Assembly: GCF_006345805.1 (NCBI RefSeq)
Contig: NC_043018.1
Location: 27,962,001 to 28,026,000 of the forward strand
Source: Octopus sinensis
Taxonomy: Eukaryota
Direction of reading: 5' to 3'
DNA: 64,000 nucleotides
Positions 11,246 through 24,622 of this stretch are shown here, one piece after another. The notes beneath the pieces are model-generated. The model was not told where the DNA came from, ran no database searches, and worked only from the letters and a program-made list of their open reading frames with translations. Numbering within the stretch: the stretch's first letter is position 1; every line of letters begins with the position of its first letter. Both the position numbers and the translations under genes were made by a program.

Positions 11246-13380
11246 AGTAGTTTTATTTTTATAGCGTGCTTTCACTTCACTACCGAGCGCAGCTCTGTGT
11301 GCCTTGGGTATGTGCTGTGATTTGTTGTGATGCTCTGATGGTTATTGTATGGAAAGTGTTCTGCGTAGGATGTGTGCAGTGCCTAGTAGTGCAATTTTCT
11401 GTATGTTATATGTGTTTGTAAGTCCTGGTTTTTTGTTATGTTTTGGTCTGAATATTTTTATATCATGCCTAATGCACTTACTATGATGGAATTGTTTCTG
11501 TTTTCAGATTCCACATTCTAGTTACCTCTATTTCCAGGTCTTTGTATTTTGAGAGTTTCTCCATTTCTTTTAGAGTCACGTTGTCATCAGCCGGTATTGA
11601 TACATCAATTAGAAAGCATTTTTTTTCTTCATGGTCTCTGTCAACTATATCTGGTCTGTTGGCCTTAATTTCTCTATCTGTGTGTATCGGCATATCCCAG
11701 AGTATGGTTGCTTTCTCGTTTTCTGTGACCTTTTCTGGTGTGTGCCTATACCATCTTTTTTCTGTTGTTATTCCATAATGTTGGCATAGCTTCCAATGTA
11801 TGTAGGTTCCAACTCTGTCATGTCTGTGAATATATTCCTTCTTAGCCAGGACTGGGCAGCCAAAGATAATATGATTTATTGTTTCTTGTCCATCTCCACA
11901 TATTCTGCAGTTATGTAATATTTCTTTTCATTACATGTTTTGGTAATTTCTGGTGGGGAGGCTTTGGTCTTGTGCTGCAATTAAAAATCCCTCTGTTTCT
12001 GCTTTGAGTCCTGAGCTTCTAACCATTGCTGGGATTTTTCTTTGTCTATTTCTTTTGCGTTTAGTTTAGTGCAGTATTTACCATGAAGGGGCTTTTTCTT
12101 GCCATCGTTTTATCATGGTTCGTTTGCTGTTCTATTTTAGTTTGGATTTCATTTGTTTTATAGCTTTTGTTGTTTCTTCATCATCTTCTTCTTTCCTTCT
12201 TCTTCATGTTTATTAGGTGGTATGATTTCTTGTTTGTATTTGTCAGCTTCCTTAAATATGAGAACAGTTTTTTGTTTTGCTCGTGTTTTGCCGCTATCTG
12301 GATCAGTTTTCCTTCCTTCTGAAGTAGATATTTTTGCAGTCCTATGGTTGGTTATTTTATAGTAGTTTTCCAGCTGTATAAGGCCTCTACCACCTTCTAT
12401 ACGTTGTATATATAGTCTTTCTATGTCAGATTTGGGGGATGCATCCTAGATCCTGTCATTATTTTTCTTGTTTTCCTATCTATTTTGGTCAGTTCATTTC
12501 GTGTCCAGTTAAGGATTTTGTAGCTTAACTTATAACTGGGACAGCTAAAGTGTTGATACCTATTATCTTGTTTTTAGCATTGAGCTCTGTGTTTAGTATT
12601 GATCTAACTCGTCTATAATATCTTTTTTATTTTCTCTTTCATTTGTGTGTGTGGTGTTGTCTTATCTAGTTCATGGATTCCTAAGTATTTGTAAGTTTGG
12701 CTTTGGTCTAATTCTTTTATTTCATTGGTTTTATCTAGTGCGATGTTGTTACTCTTAACTAGTTTTCCTCTTTTCAGGGTTACTTTGGCGCATTTTTCTA
12801 ATCCAAATTTCATCTATTTCTTTGGAAATCCATGAACTGTCTTTAATAGTGTTTCCAGCTGTTTGTCATTTGCAGCGTATAGTTTTAGGTCATCCATATA
12901 TAAAAGGTGGCTGATCGTTTGCCGTAACATTTATATCCGCATCAGTTCTATTTAGCATATCAGATAGAGGTGACAGTGCCAAGCAGAAAAGGAGTGGAGA
13001 GAGCGTGTCTCCCTGGAATATTCCTCTTCTAATGGGGATGTCTTTGGTTTTCATGAGTCCATCTTTTGTTTGGAGGTGTAGGACTGTTTGCCATTTATTC
13101 ATAGAGTACTCTATGAATTTTTATGTTGGTGGTGCTACTTTGTTAATGGCTAGTGTTTCGAGGATCATGTGTGGGGGGGATGCTATCAAACGCCTTTTTT
13201 GTAGTCAATCCAGGCCATTCTGAGGCCTTTCTTCTTTCTGTGGCTGCCTTCAGTTAAGGCTTTATTAATCATTAGTTGATCTTTACAGCCATATGAGCTT
13301 TTGCGGCATCCTTTCTGCTCTTCTGGGAACAGTTTGTTTTCGTCCAGGTGCTTGTTCAGTCTCTGTGATATCACTGCAGT
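11246..13380 (-). pseudogene. 5'-truncated, frameshifted R4/Dong-clade-like non-LTR retrotransposon (RT, CCHC finger, REL endonuclease)
   Basis: WIDYKKAFDS; RRGIFQGDTLSPLLFCLAL; HLLYMDDLKLYA; MKFGLEKCAKV; CRICGDGQETINHIIFGC; RPDIV..FLIDVSIP..KEMEKLSKYKDL; IQKIALLGTAHILRRTL-stop; short 3' UTR then (AAT)n. Confidence 0.92.
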
Positions 13381-13402
13381 AAATTATTATTATCATCATC
13401 AT

Positions 13403-13489
<87 letters not shown>

Positions 13490-13691
13490 TATTATTATTA
13501 TTGTCATTATTATTATTATCATCATTATTATTATTATTATTATTATCATTATTATTATCATCAATTTCATTATCATTATAATAATAATAATAATAAAATT
13601 GTTATTATTATTATTATTATCATCATCATCATCATCATTATTATTATTATTATTATTATTATCATCATCATTATCATTATAATTATTATTA

Positions 13692-13722
<31 letters not shown>

Positions 13723-13744
13723 TATTATAATATTATTATTATCA

Positions 13745-13775
<31 letters not shown>

Positions 13776-13776
13776 C

Positions 13777-13810
<34 letters not shown>

Positions 13811-13917
13811 CTTTTATTATTATCATCATCATCATTATTATTATTATTATTACTTTTATTATTATTATTATTATTATTATTTTATTATTATTATTATTAT
13901 TATTTAATCATTATATA

Positions 13918-13971
<54 letters not shown>

Positions 13972-14055
13972 CATTATTATTATTATTATTATTTATTATT
14001 ATCATTATTTTATTATTATTATTATTATTATCATCATTATCAGTTATATATATTA

Positions 14056-14087
<32 letters not shown>

Positions 14088-14306
14088 TTATTACCATTAT
14101 CATTGATATTATTATATATTATTATTATCATTATATTATCATTATTATCACTAATATTATTATTATTATTATTATTATTATTGTTATTACATTATCATTA
14201 TCCTATTATTATTACTATTATTATTATCATTATTTATTATTATTATTATTATATTATTTTTATTTATTGTTATTATTATTATTTTATTATTATTATTATT
14301 ATTATT

Positions 14307-14340
<34 letters not shown>

Positions 14341-14567
14341 TATTTATTGTTATTATTATTATTTTATTATTATCATTATTATTATTATTATTTTATTATT
14401 ATTATTATTATTTATTATCATTATTATTATTATTATTATATTATTATTATTATTATTATTATTATTGTATCATTATATTATTATTATTATTATTATCATT
14501 ATTTATTATTATTATGTTTATTATTATTATATTATTATTATTATCATCATTATCAGTATTATTATTA

Positions 14568-14605
<38 letters not shown>

Positions 14606-14830
14606 TTATTACCATTATCATTGATATTATTAGTATTATTATTATTATCATTATTATTATCATTATTATCACTAATATTATTATTATTATTATTATTATT
14701 ATTGTTATTACCATTATCATTATCATTATTATTATTATTACTATTATTATTATCATTATTATTATTATTATTATTATTATTTTTATTTATTGTTATTATT
14801 ATTATTTTTATTATTATTATTATTATTATT

Positions 14831-14863
<33 letters not shown>

Positions 14864-14877
14864 TATTGTTATTATTA

Positions 14878-14925
<48 letters not shown>
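13381..14925. repeat. ~1.5-kb imperfect (ATT)n/(CAT)n array
   Basis: Direct reading; explains the 541-aa low-complexity ORF. Confidence 0.97.
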
Positions 14926-14927
<2 letters not shown>

Positions 14928-15039
14928 CTGGTTGCTGTTTATCTTCAAAAAATAATGTTCTAACTGGTCTCGTTTTTGTTAAAATCTTGACGCATTAAAT
15001 CTGTTACCAGGAGCATACCAGCCAAATCCGTGTTCAACC

Positions 15040-15692
15040 ACCACAAGAACAATAACATCACCCGCATCCTCCTCCACATCACCTTTCGCATGTCTCTCTT
15101 CCTCCTAATTTTCATCCTCATCATCGTCGTCGTTGTCGTCGACGTCGTCAGCATTGGCATCCTCATCCGTGTAATACAATCATCGTTTTCGTCAGCATTA
15201 TGCTTATCATCGACATCATTAAAATCCTCAACATCGGAACACTCGGCACAACCCACATGATTATAATCATCATCCCCATCATCATCATCATCATCAAAAT
15301 CATAATTATCGTCAACGTCATCGTCATCATCGTCATCGTCCTACATCGTCGTCATCATCATCATCATCGTTATCTTCATCATCATCATCATCATCATATC
15401 ATCATCATCATCGTCAACATCAAAGTCATCGTCATCGTCGTCATTAGCATCATTAGCAGCAGCAGCAGCAGCCTCGGCAGCAGCATACACATTATTATTA
15501 TAATCATAGTCACTGCTACCATTGTCGTCGTTGTCGTCATCATCATTACCATTAACACCATCATCATCATCACTGCTATCTTTATTATCATTATCCTCCT
15601 CCTCCTCCTCATCATCATCATCATCGGTATCTTCATTATCATCAACACCCTTATCCCCATCACCCTCATCAACATCATCATCGCCATCATCG

Positions 15693-15737
<45 letters not shown>

Positions 15738-15860
15738 GTATCTTCATTATCATCAACACCCTTATTCCCATCACCCTCACCAACATCATCATCGCCATCA
15801 TCGTCATCATCATCATCAGTATCATCATCATCATCATCATCATCATCACCATCACAACAC
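15040..15860. repeat. Decayed (CAT/CGT/CCT)n array with internal ~110-bp duplication
   Basis: GTATCTTCATTATCATCAACACCCTTAT.CCCATCACCCTCA occurs at ~15628 and ~15738. Confidence 0.9.
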
Positions 15861-16336
15861 CGTCTTTTGATATTGGAGTACTTTACTTATTTAAACGTTT
15901 TATCTCTCCATGTTAATCTCTAGATGTTAAGATATCCTCATCGGAAGTTTAACAACTTATTTACACTACGACATGTAACACCCACATACGCACTGACACA
16001 CGTCTGTATCTTATCTGTTTCTCTCTCTCCCTCCCTCTCTTTCACTCATTATACACATGCATATATATACATGTATATGTATATGTATATGTACATACGA
16101 TTGTGTATGTGTATTCTATATGGTGCAAAAATTACTCAGAGAAGGTTAAAACAGTGTGCTAGGTTTATTAGATATATGCATATATATATATATCTATATA
16201 TATATATACATATGTGCAAATATATATATATAATATATATATATAATATATATATATATATATACATATATGTGTGTATACGTATAAAAATATGTATGCA
16301 TGTGAGTATGTGTATATATACATCTTATATATAAAC

Positions 16337-16374
<38 letters not shown>

Positions 16375-16525
16375 ATGTGTGTGTGCATATATATATGCGT
16401 GTATGTGTGTGCTTTTTATTAACATTTAGCAGACGTAACTGTGTTACTCCAATCCGAGAGTATCATGCGTTGGTGTATATATATATATATATATATATAT
16501 ATGTTCTAGTTGACACACAGCTAAC

Positions 16526-16597
<72 letters not shown>

Positions 16598-16608
16598 TAA
16601 ATAGATAT

Positions 16609-16685
<77 letters not shown>

Positions 16686-17048
16686 CAGACATATTTTACA
16701 CATGTGTGTATATATTTGCATATATGTATACACGCACACACACATACACACCCCGTATATATATATAATTAATGAACATGAATTTAGAACTAACACAGAA
16801 TGGCTACTGGCATATATGTGAACAACAGAAAAAAATACAAGTGATTTAAAAACCAAAACAGCATAAATTAATCAACAATTAAATATCTTCGCCGCTTGAG
16901 TATATCTTATAAGCACCAAATGAACGATTTTAATTGATTTGGTTAATAGAATTATAAGTATTTATGGTTGATCCATTTTTAATGTGAATAACGGCTCTGC
17001 CTTTCTTTTCTATTAATTGTAGCTTTTCATCGCGTAACTTCATAATAG

Positions 17049-17113
<65 letters not shown>

Positions 17114-17880
17114 GGAGAGGGAAAGAATGTGAGAGAAAGTGAGAGAGAGTAAACACTGGAGTGCAATAGAAGAAGTGCAATAAAAGTGGTGTGAGAAGTG
17201 GAGCGTCAAAATTTTCGGCCAGAAACTTTCTTTGAGGCTAAGGACAAGCGAATAAAATACCAGGACAGTAGAGTTTTGCAGCCTCTGAATTTGAAAGACT
17301 GGCTGCAGCTGTTGGGGAACGCAAAATATCGTGAACGTGCATACGTTAGCAAGATATAGAGGGACAGAGAAAATTGGAGAGGGGCTAGAGGTAAAAAGAT
17401 ATCAAAAGAGAAATAAGGCGGGGTGATTAAACGGAAAAATTAGGTATGAAGAGCGCTGTTCCGTTTTCTCCTGACTATCATCTTAAATTTGAAAAACTCT
17501 TTCGGAAACCTTTGGTTTCTTTACTCCACGTAACGTTTTGACGAAAGAGTTTATGTCGCTTTTTCCAAGTAAGTATTTTCCAAATATTACAAAATATTGT
17601 CGACGCAGACTATTACCAGTCAATGTGGATCCTGTTTTATATCACACACACACAAACACACACAAGAGTATATACAACTATATACACACTTATATGCACT
17701 CACCCACATAGACATGCACACGCACACATACACCCGCATGCACACAGATGCGTATGGATACGTGTATTAGTATAAATAACTATATATGAAGATAATTTAT
17801 AAACATATATACATACATATATCTATACGCATATATCACATATACATCATGTACCACTGACACACACATATACATTCAAG

Positions 17881-17917
<37 letters not shown>

Positions 17918-17936
17918 ATTATGCATACACACACAG

Positions 17937-18002
<66 letters not shown>

Positions 18003-18518
18003 TATGTATGTATGTATGTATGCAGGAATTGTAGAGGTGAACGCATGAAGGCAATCGGAGGGCAGAGACATAGAAATTTAATGTAGATTTTAGATAAAGA
18101 AAGATGAAGTTTATAGCGCGTACATTTTCAATTATTTCTGTATCCGACTTGTCTACATCAAAAGTAAAAACATTAATTCCTAGTAGGATGTCATTATCCT
18201 TATCATTTCTAAAGATAACATTTCATTTTACTCGGCATATAAATATAAAAAGATAATAAACGACTGGTCAGGTCCTGGTGGCGAGCGCCGTACATCACGA
18301 TGTGCTGCTTTTGGCAAGCTAAGACCGCAAAAACATTTTCTGTCGCCATTTAAAGACATTTCGATTTGATTTCTCCAGCTATGTTCGTTTTCTTGTTGTT
18401 TTATTTTTGTTTGGATAAGAACCAAAGCTATTGCAATTTCTTAAAAAAATATTTGGTCATGAATTTCAATATCAAATACTAGAGATGTGTCATTTACCAA
18501 TCCATGATGCAGGAGTGA

Positions 18519-18890
18519 GTTTCGTCTGCCGTTACGTTCTGAGTTCAAATTCCGCCGAGGTCGACTTTGCTTTTCATACTTTCGGGGTTGATAAATTAAG
18601 TACCAGTTATGCAATGGGGTCGATGTAATCGACTTAATCCTTCTGTCTGTCCTTCTTTGTCCCCTCTCTGTGTGTAGCCCCTTGTGGGTAGTAAAGAAAT
18701 AGGTATTTCGTCTGCCGCTACGTTCTGAGTTTAAATTCCGCCGAGGTCGACTTTGCCTTTCATCCTTTCCGGGTCGATAAATTAAGTACCAGTTATGCAC
18801 TGGGGTCGATGTAATCGACTTAATTCGTCTGTCTGTCCCTCTTCGTCCCCTCTGTGTTAGCTCCTTGTGTGTAGTAAAGAAATAGGTATT
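18519..18890 (+). mobile_element. Head-to-tail dimer of 5'-truncated SINE A
   Basis: Two ~184-bp copies joined at AAAGAAATAGGTATTTCGTCTGCC. Confidence 0.88.
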
Positions 18891-19424
18891 AACCTTCTAA
18901 TGCATTTTTATATATTTGTCCTGAATATCTTTCTTCGTTTCCAAAATTTTCCTTAGCTCTTGTTTTATAGGTTTTGAGTAAAAGAAAGCCTTTCATTCAT
19001 AAATTACAAGTAAATGGGGCTGTTGAAAAGATTTTGAAAATATATATTATATAGGATATATGGAGACCAAAGAAATATTTCCTCTGTGTCATATGTGTTA
19101 CACGGGACGGACGAAGGGTTAGTATAAAATCTGCCTGTTTAAATCGGTAAGTGTGCGAAACGCAGGTCTGAGTTCATGTTTGCTTTTGGTTTACTATAGC
19201 CTTGGTTCCTTCCAGCTGCGTGGTTCATTGGGATAGTGACTTCTATAATAGCATCGAATTAGCCTAAGTCTTGTGAGTGAAATTTTGAAGTTGCATTGAA
19301 CTTTGGCAATTACTCTCTCAAATTCATTCTGATTTTTACGTTAAAGGTACAGACATTTGTGAAAGTTTCCGCCGTTTACGTGCTCATATATACACACATG
19401 CGTACATACATACATATCTTTTTT

Positions 19425-19540
19425 ACTCTTTTGCTCATCTGACTGCGGCCATGCTGGAGCACCGCCTTTAGTCGAGGAAATTGACCCAGGACTTATTCTT
19501 TGTAAGCCTAGTACTTATTCTATCGGTTTCTTTTGCCGAA
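19425..19540 (-). mobile_element. SINE C, 3' fragment
   Basis: GACTGCGGCCATGCTGGAGCACCGCCTTTAGTCG..TAAGCCTAGTACTTATTCTATCGG. Confidence 0.85.
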
Positions 19541-19564
19541 TATTATTATTGCATAACCTACATT

Positions 19565-20090
19565 GGGAAGCTACTTGATCTTAGCTTTTATGCAATTAGC
19601 TCTTAATGCTTGATCTTGTGCTGCTACTGACAAATTTTCTATCTCACTTTTCAGCCTTCTTTTCTGCAACCATAACCGTGTTTCACTGCTACTATTTACT
19701 GCAACTATCTTTGGAAATCTACTATGGAAATCCTTCTCCTGCCAGTCAGATAACTTGTGTTCTTTTTTCTGGTTTTTAACTTTGTTTGGGTGTTTGGTTA
19801 ACATGTCTTGGTATGAATCTAGCAGCTTTTCATTATTACTTACATAGGAGTCTATATCTACTCTAGCTGACTCCACGCAGTTATTCTTTTGATATCAGCC
19901 CTCTTCTATCTTCCTTTCTACGTATGTGTGATCTTGCTACTCCTGCACTTGGGTGGAATTCTCCGTTCATATTGAATTTCTCCCTAGTTCTTCTATCTAG
20001 CTTTGATAATTCACTTTTTGCACAATCCGCAAAAGCTGCTGTGCATCTAAGTAGTGATACTCTCCAAGTATATACAGCCTTCTAGATTCG
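19565..20090 (-). pseudogene. Older R4/Dong-like RT thumb/C-terminal fragment
   Basis: ELSKLDRRTREKFNMNGEFHPS..RKEDRRGL; WLQKRRLKSEIENLSVAAQDQALRANCIKAKI; TTA-rich flanks. Confidence 0.8.
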
Positions 20091-20240
20091 GACCATTTAG
20101 CTTTGACTTACTATTATTATTATCATTGTTATTATCATTATTATATTATTATATTATTTTAAAAGGATTGACATAACTCTCCGCAAAGGTAAACAGACAA
20201 GACGAAGAGCGCCATGCGATTTCAATAGATCTTTTATTGC

Positions 20241-20282
20241 TTGAACAATATTTCGGCAGCAGGCCTGTCTTTGTCAAGTTCA
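20241..20282 (-). ncRNA. Minimal type I hammerhead with U3:A8 core
   Basis: TTGAAC TTGACAA GACAG gcctg CTGCC GAA ATAT T GTTCAA; 6-bp stem I; 4/5-bp stem II; ATAT palindrome. Confidence 0.6.
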
Positions 20283-21545
20283 AAATAAAAAGTGATAAAA
20301 ATTTTAAATTATGGAAATTCAAATCTAAGGTATGAATGAGAGCAACTTGCGTCCACACGTTGATGGAATAACATCAACAGTTTTTATGTTTCAATTTTAT
20401 TACAGGCGAAAAATAAAGTCAGAAAAAAAGCGAGAAAAAGAGGAAAGGAAATAGGAAAGGAAGAAGAATATTCAATCAAACAGTTATGTGAAAATTTGAT
20501 GATATTCTCCTGTCATTTTATTCATTCCTCCAGGGAGTGAAGTTAATAACCCGCAAATGTATTTCTCCTCATGCATCTTGAGAAGCAGATTCAGAATATT
20601 TTCTGAGAATTTGCACTTTCAAGTCTTCTTCAAAATTGGAGATGCTTGAAAGGAAATGATCAGCAAGTTCTGTCGAATCTGTGGTCATTTAATCTCTTGT
20701 GTAATTGTTCTGTTGTACAATCATCATAAATCAAGTTGCGTTTCGTGCATTCTGTTGCGTACACCAAATGGGAATCTCCAGATGGAATTCATTTGATTCA
20801 TGGTATTGCACGATGAACAGGGTTTACATCTCTTGTGGCAGATACTCCCAATTTAGTTTTCTAGGAGTCAGAAATAGAGGTCAATAGATCTCTTACATTT
20901 TTATTCCATCTAAAGGCTGCAATAGGCGGCTGAGGAAATATCTGTTTGAAACGAGGATAAGTTCTCGCAACATGCTGGTAGCTTCCATGTAACACTTTCG
21001 AAATGCCAGCGAAACTTTGGTGCCAGTTAATCACTAATGGGATTCTATCACATATTACATTGTGTTTGCTAAAAGTATGCGTGAGGCTTAGACTTTCTTT
21101 GCTGATCTTAGCTATCTTATTTGCTATTTCCTTTAATCTTGATTCACTGTAATCGTATTTGACATTATGGTGAAAAAGACTTGAAAATACATATTCTCAG
21201 AAAATATTCTGAATCTACTTCCCTTTCAATACTCAAAAAGCATGAGGGGAAATATGGTTGCGGGTTATTAACATCACCCCCACCCCGCCAGGAGAAATGA
21301 ATAAAATGACAGTAGAATATCATCAAATTTGCACAAAACAGTTTGATTGAATATTCCACTTTTTCCTTAGCGATTTTCTTTCCTTTATTTTCTTGCTCTT
21401 TTTTTCACTATTTTTCTTTTCGCCTGTTATAAAATTGAAACTTAAAGGCTGATGATGTCATTCCATTAACGTGTGGACGCTAGTTGCTCTCGATCATACT
21501 TTAGATTTGAATTTCTATAATTTCGAATTTTTATCACTTTTTATT

Positions 21546-21588
21546 TTGAAGTCGACAACGACAGGCTTGCAGCCGAAATATCGTTCAA
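21546..21588 (+). ncRNA. Degenerate copy of the U3:A8 hammerhead
   Basis: TTGAAG TCGACAA C GACAG gcttg CAGCC GAA ATAT C GTTCAA. Confidence 0.45.
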
Positions 21589-21624
21589 CCAATAAAATAT
21601 CTATTGCAATCGCATCGCGCTCTT

Positions 21625-21787
<163 letters not shown>

Positions 21788-22310
21788 GAGTGAATGAGTA
21801 TCGCATGCCATCTAACTGACACTAGAGTACAATTCTACGAAACCCAATATACAGGTCATGACTACCCGTCTGATAAGGGCACACCTGGCGCATGCATCAA
21901 AACCATATGTGCGCGACATGGTGATCTTATATCAAGATAAACTCTGCATGACCTTGCAGGTGAGGCCTTGCAATCCCGCTAAATTGGTCCCTGAATAACC
22001 TTTGTTCAAGGATGTAGAACAAAACACACATGTTTCCAGAGGTGAATTATTCAAACACCAAAGAATTCCTCTTGATACATGGCTACTGCGTCCCCCACTA
22101 CTCCTGGTTATGATCAGAGATGCACATAACGTCAACCACCTAGGGACATTCTCAAGTGGCTAAGGACGAGCAACCGAGAAGCAAACCTTTGGTATTGAGC
22201 AGAATATTTACTGAAGCCCACCATCTTTTATACCAAGACAAAACATGTACATGATAACACTTCCAATCAGTTAAGATTACAAGGCATGAGAGCCAGTCCT
22301 CGATATTGCA
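21788..22310 (-). mobile_element. Family D interspersed repeat, near full length, embedded in (TTA)n
   Basis: Homologous to 38238-38705, 52981-53281 and 11117-11220; minus strand ends ..TCACTC(AAT)n. Confidence 0.8.
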
Positions 22311-22314
22311 CGAA

Positions 22315-22319
22315 GACTA

Positions 22320-22350
<31 letters not shown>

Positions 22351-22364
22351 TACTGTTATTGTTA

Positions 22365-22397
<33 letters not shown>

Positions 22398-22403
22398 AGT
22401 TAT

Positions 22404-22434
<31 letters not shown>

Positions 22435-22518
22435 GTTATTGTTATTGTTATTATTATTATTATTATTATTATCATTATTATTATTAGATTATTATTATTA
22501 TTATTATTACAGTTATTG

Positions 22519-22585
<67 letters not shown>

Positions 22586-22861
22586 CATTATTATTATTAC
22601 TATTACTGTTATTGTTATTATTATTATTATTATTATTACTATTACTGTTATTGTAATTATTATTATTATTATTATTATTATTATTTACATTATTATTATT
22701 ACTATTACTGTTATTGTTATTATTATTATTATTATTACTATTACTGTTATTGTTATTAGTATATTATTATTATTATTGTTATTATTATCATTATTATTAT
22801 TACTATTACTATTACTGTTATTGTTATTATTATTATTATATTATTATTATTTTTACAGTTA

Positions 22862-22901
<40 letters not shown>

Positions 22902-22993
22902 TACTATTACTGTTATTGTTATTATTATTATCATTATTATTATTACTATTACTGTTATTGTTATTATTATTATTATTATTACTATTACTGTTA

Positions 22994-23035
<42 letters not shown>

Positions 23036-23050
23036 TTACTATTACTGTTA

Positions 23051-23084
<34 letters not shown>

Positions 23085-23089
23085 AGTTA

Positions 23090-23138
<49 letters not shown>

Positions 23139-23446
23139 TACTGTAATTGTTATTATTATTATTATCATTATTATTATTACAGTTATTGGTATTATTATTA
23201 TTATTATATTATTCTTACTGTTATTGTTATTGTTATTATTATTATTGTTATTATGTATTATATTTATCATTATTATTAGATTATATTATTATTATTATTA
23301 CAGTTATTGTTTTTATTATTATTATTATTATTATTATTACTGTTATTATTATGATTATTATTATTATTATTATCATTATTATTATTACTATTATGTTATT
23401 GTGTTATTATTATTATTATTATTATTACTATTACGTTGTTATTGTA

Positions 23447-23484
<38 letters not shown>

Positions 23485-24159
23485 CATATTATATATATAT
23501 TACTGTTATTGTTATTATTATTATTATTTTTTACTATTACTGTTATTATTATTATTATTATTTATTATATTATTATCATTATTATTATTACTATACTGTT
23601 ATTGTTATTATTATTATTATATATTTACTATTACTGTTATTGGTAATTATTATTCTTATTATTATTCTTATTATTATGATTATCATTATTTTATTACTAT
23701 TACTGTTATTGTTATATTATTATATATTATTACTATTACTGTTCTGTTATTATATTATTATTATTATTATTATTATCATTATTATTATTACTATTACTAT
23801 TACTGTTATTGTTATTTATTATTATTATTATTTTTACAGTTATTGTTATTATTATTATTATTATATTATTATTATTTTTTTACTATTACTATTACTGTTA
23901 TTGTTATTATTATTATCATTATTATTATTACTATTACTGTTATGTTATTATTATTATTTTATTACTATTACTGTTATTGTATTATTATTATTATTATTAT
24001 TATTTTATTATTATTACTATTACTGTTATTGTTATTATATTATATTATTATTATTATTATTACAGTTATTGTTATTATTATTTATTATTTATTATTATAT
24101 TATGTGATGTTATTGTTATTATTATATTATTATTATTATTACAGTTATTGTTATTATTA

Positions 24160-24196
<37 letters not shown>

Positions 24197-24226
24197 TCAT
24201 TATTTTATTACTATTATGTTATTGTA

Positions 24227-24264
<38 letters not shown>

Positions 24265-24298
24265 CATATTATTATTACTATTACTGTTATTGTTATTA

Positions 24299-24340
<42 letters not shown>
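22315..24340. repeat. ~2-kb (ATT)n array with recurring ACTATTACTGTTATTGTT/ACAGTTATTGTT variant blocks
   Basis: Direct reading. Confidence 0.95.
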
Positions 24341-24499
24341 GTCGTTGTCATTTCCTTGTACTTCAATTTAATGCATTAGCTTCAACTGATCCTCCGGATA
24401 CTTCGCTTTCGGATTTTACTCCCACGAAACACACACACGCACAAACACACATACACACACATGCACACACACAACACGAAACTAGTACATATATATATG

Positions 24500-24542
<43 letters not shown>

Positions 24543-24588
24543 TTGTGTGTGTATGTATGTATATAATATACATTAGATAGATATAGGT

Positions 24589-24622
<34 letters not shown>

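Noticed and set aside
13301-14955. 541-aa and overlapping Ile/Leu/Tyr ORFs
   Set aside because: (ATT)n has no stop in + frames; the short unique start is antisense retrotransposon sequence
15005-15060. Minus-strand peptide VEHGFGWYAPG ending at a GTAACA donor-like site
   Set aside because: Grades into a decayed (GAT)n array with an in-frame stop; no acceptor found
17195-17359. Plus-strand open frame with LKDWLQLLGNAKY, vaguely SAM-like
   Set aside because: No Met, weak splice sites, short and ends in a stop; similarity too slight
21436-21460. GAAAC..CTGATGA near the PLE end
   Set aside because: Wrong spacing for any HHR topology; the other copy reads CTGTTGA
22286-24576. ORFs of 310 and 410 aa
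   Set aside because: Microsatellite translations
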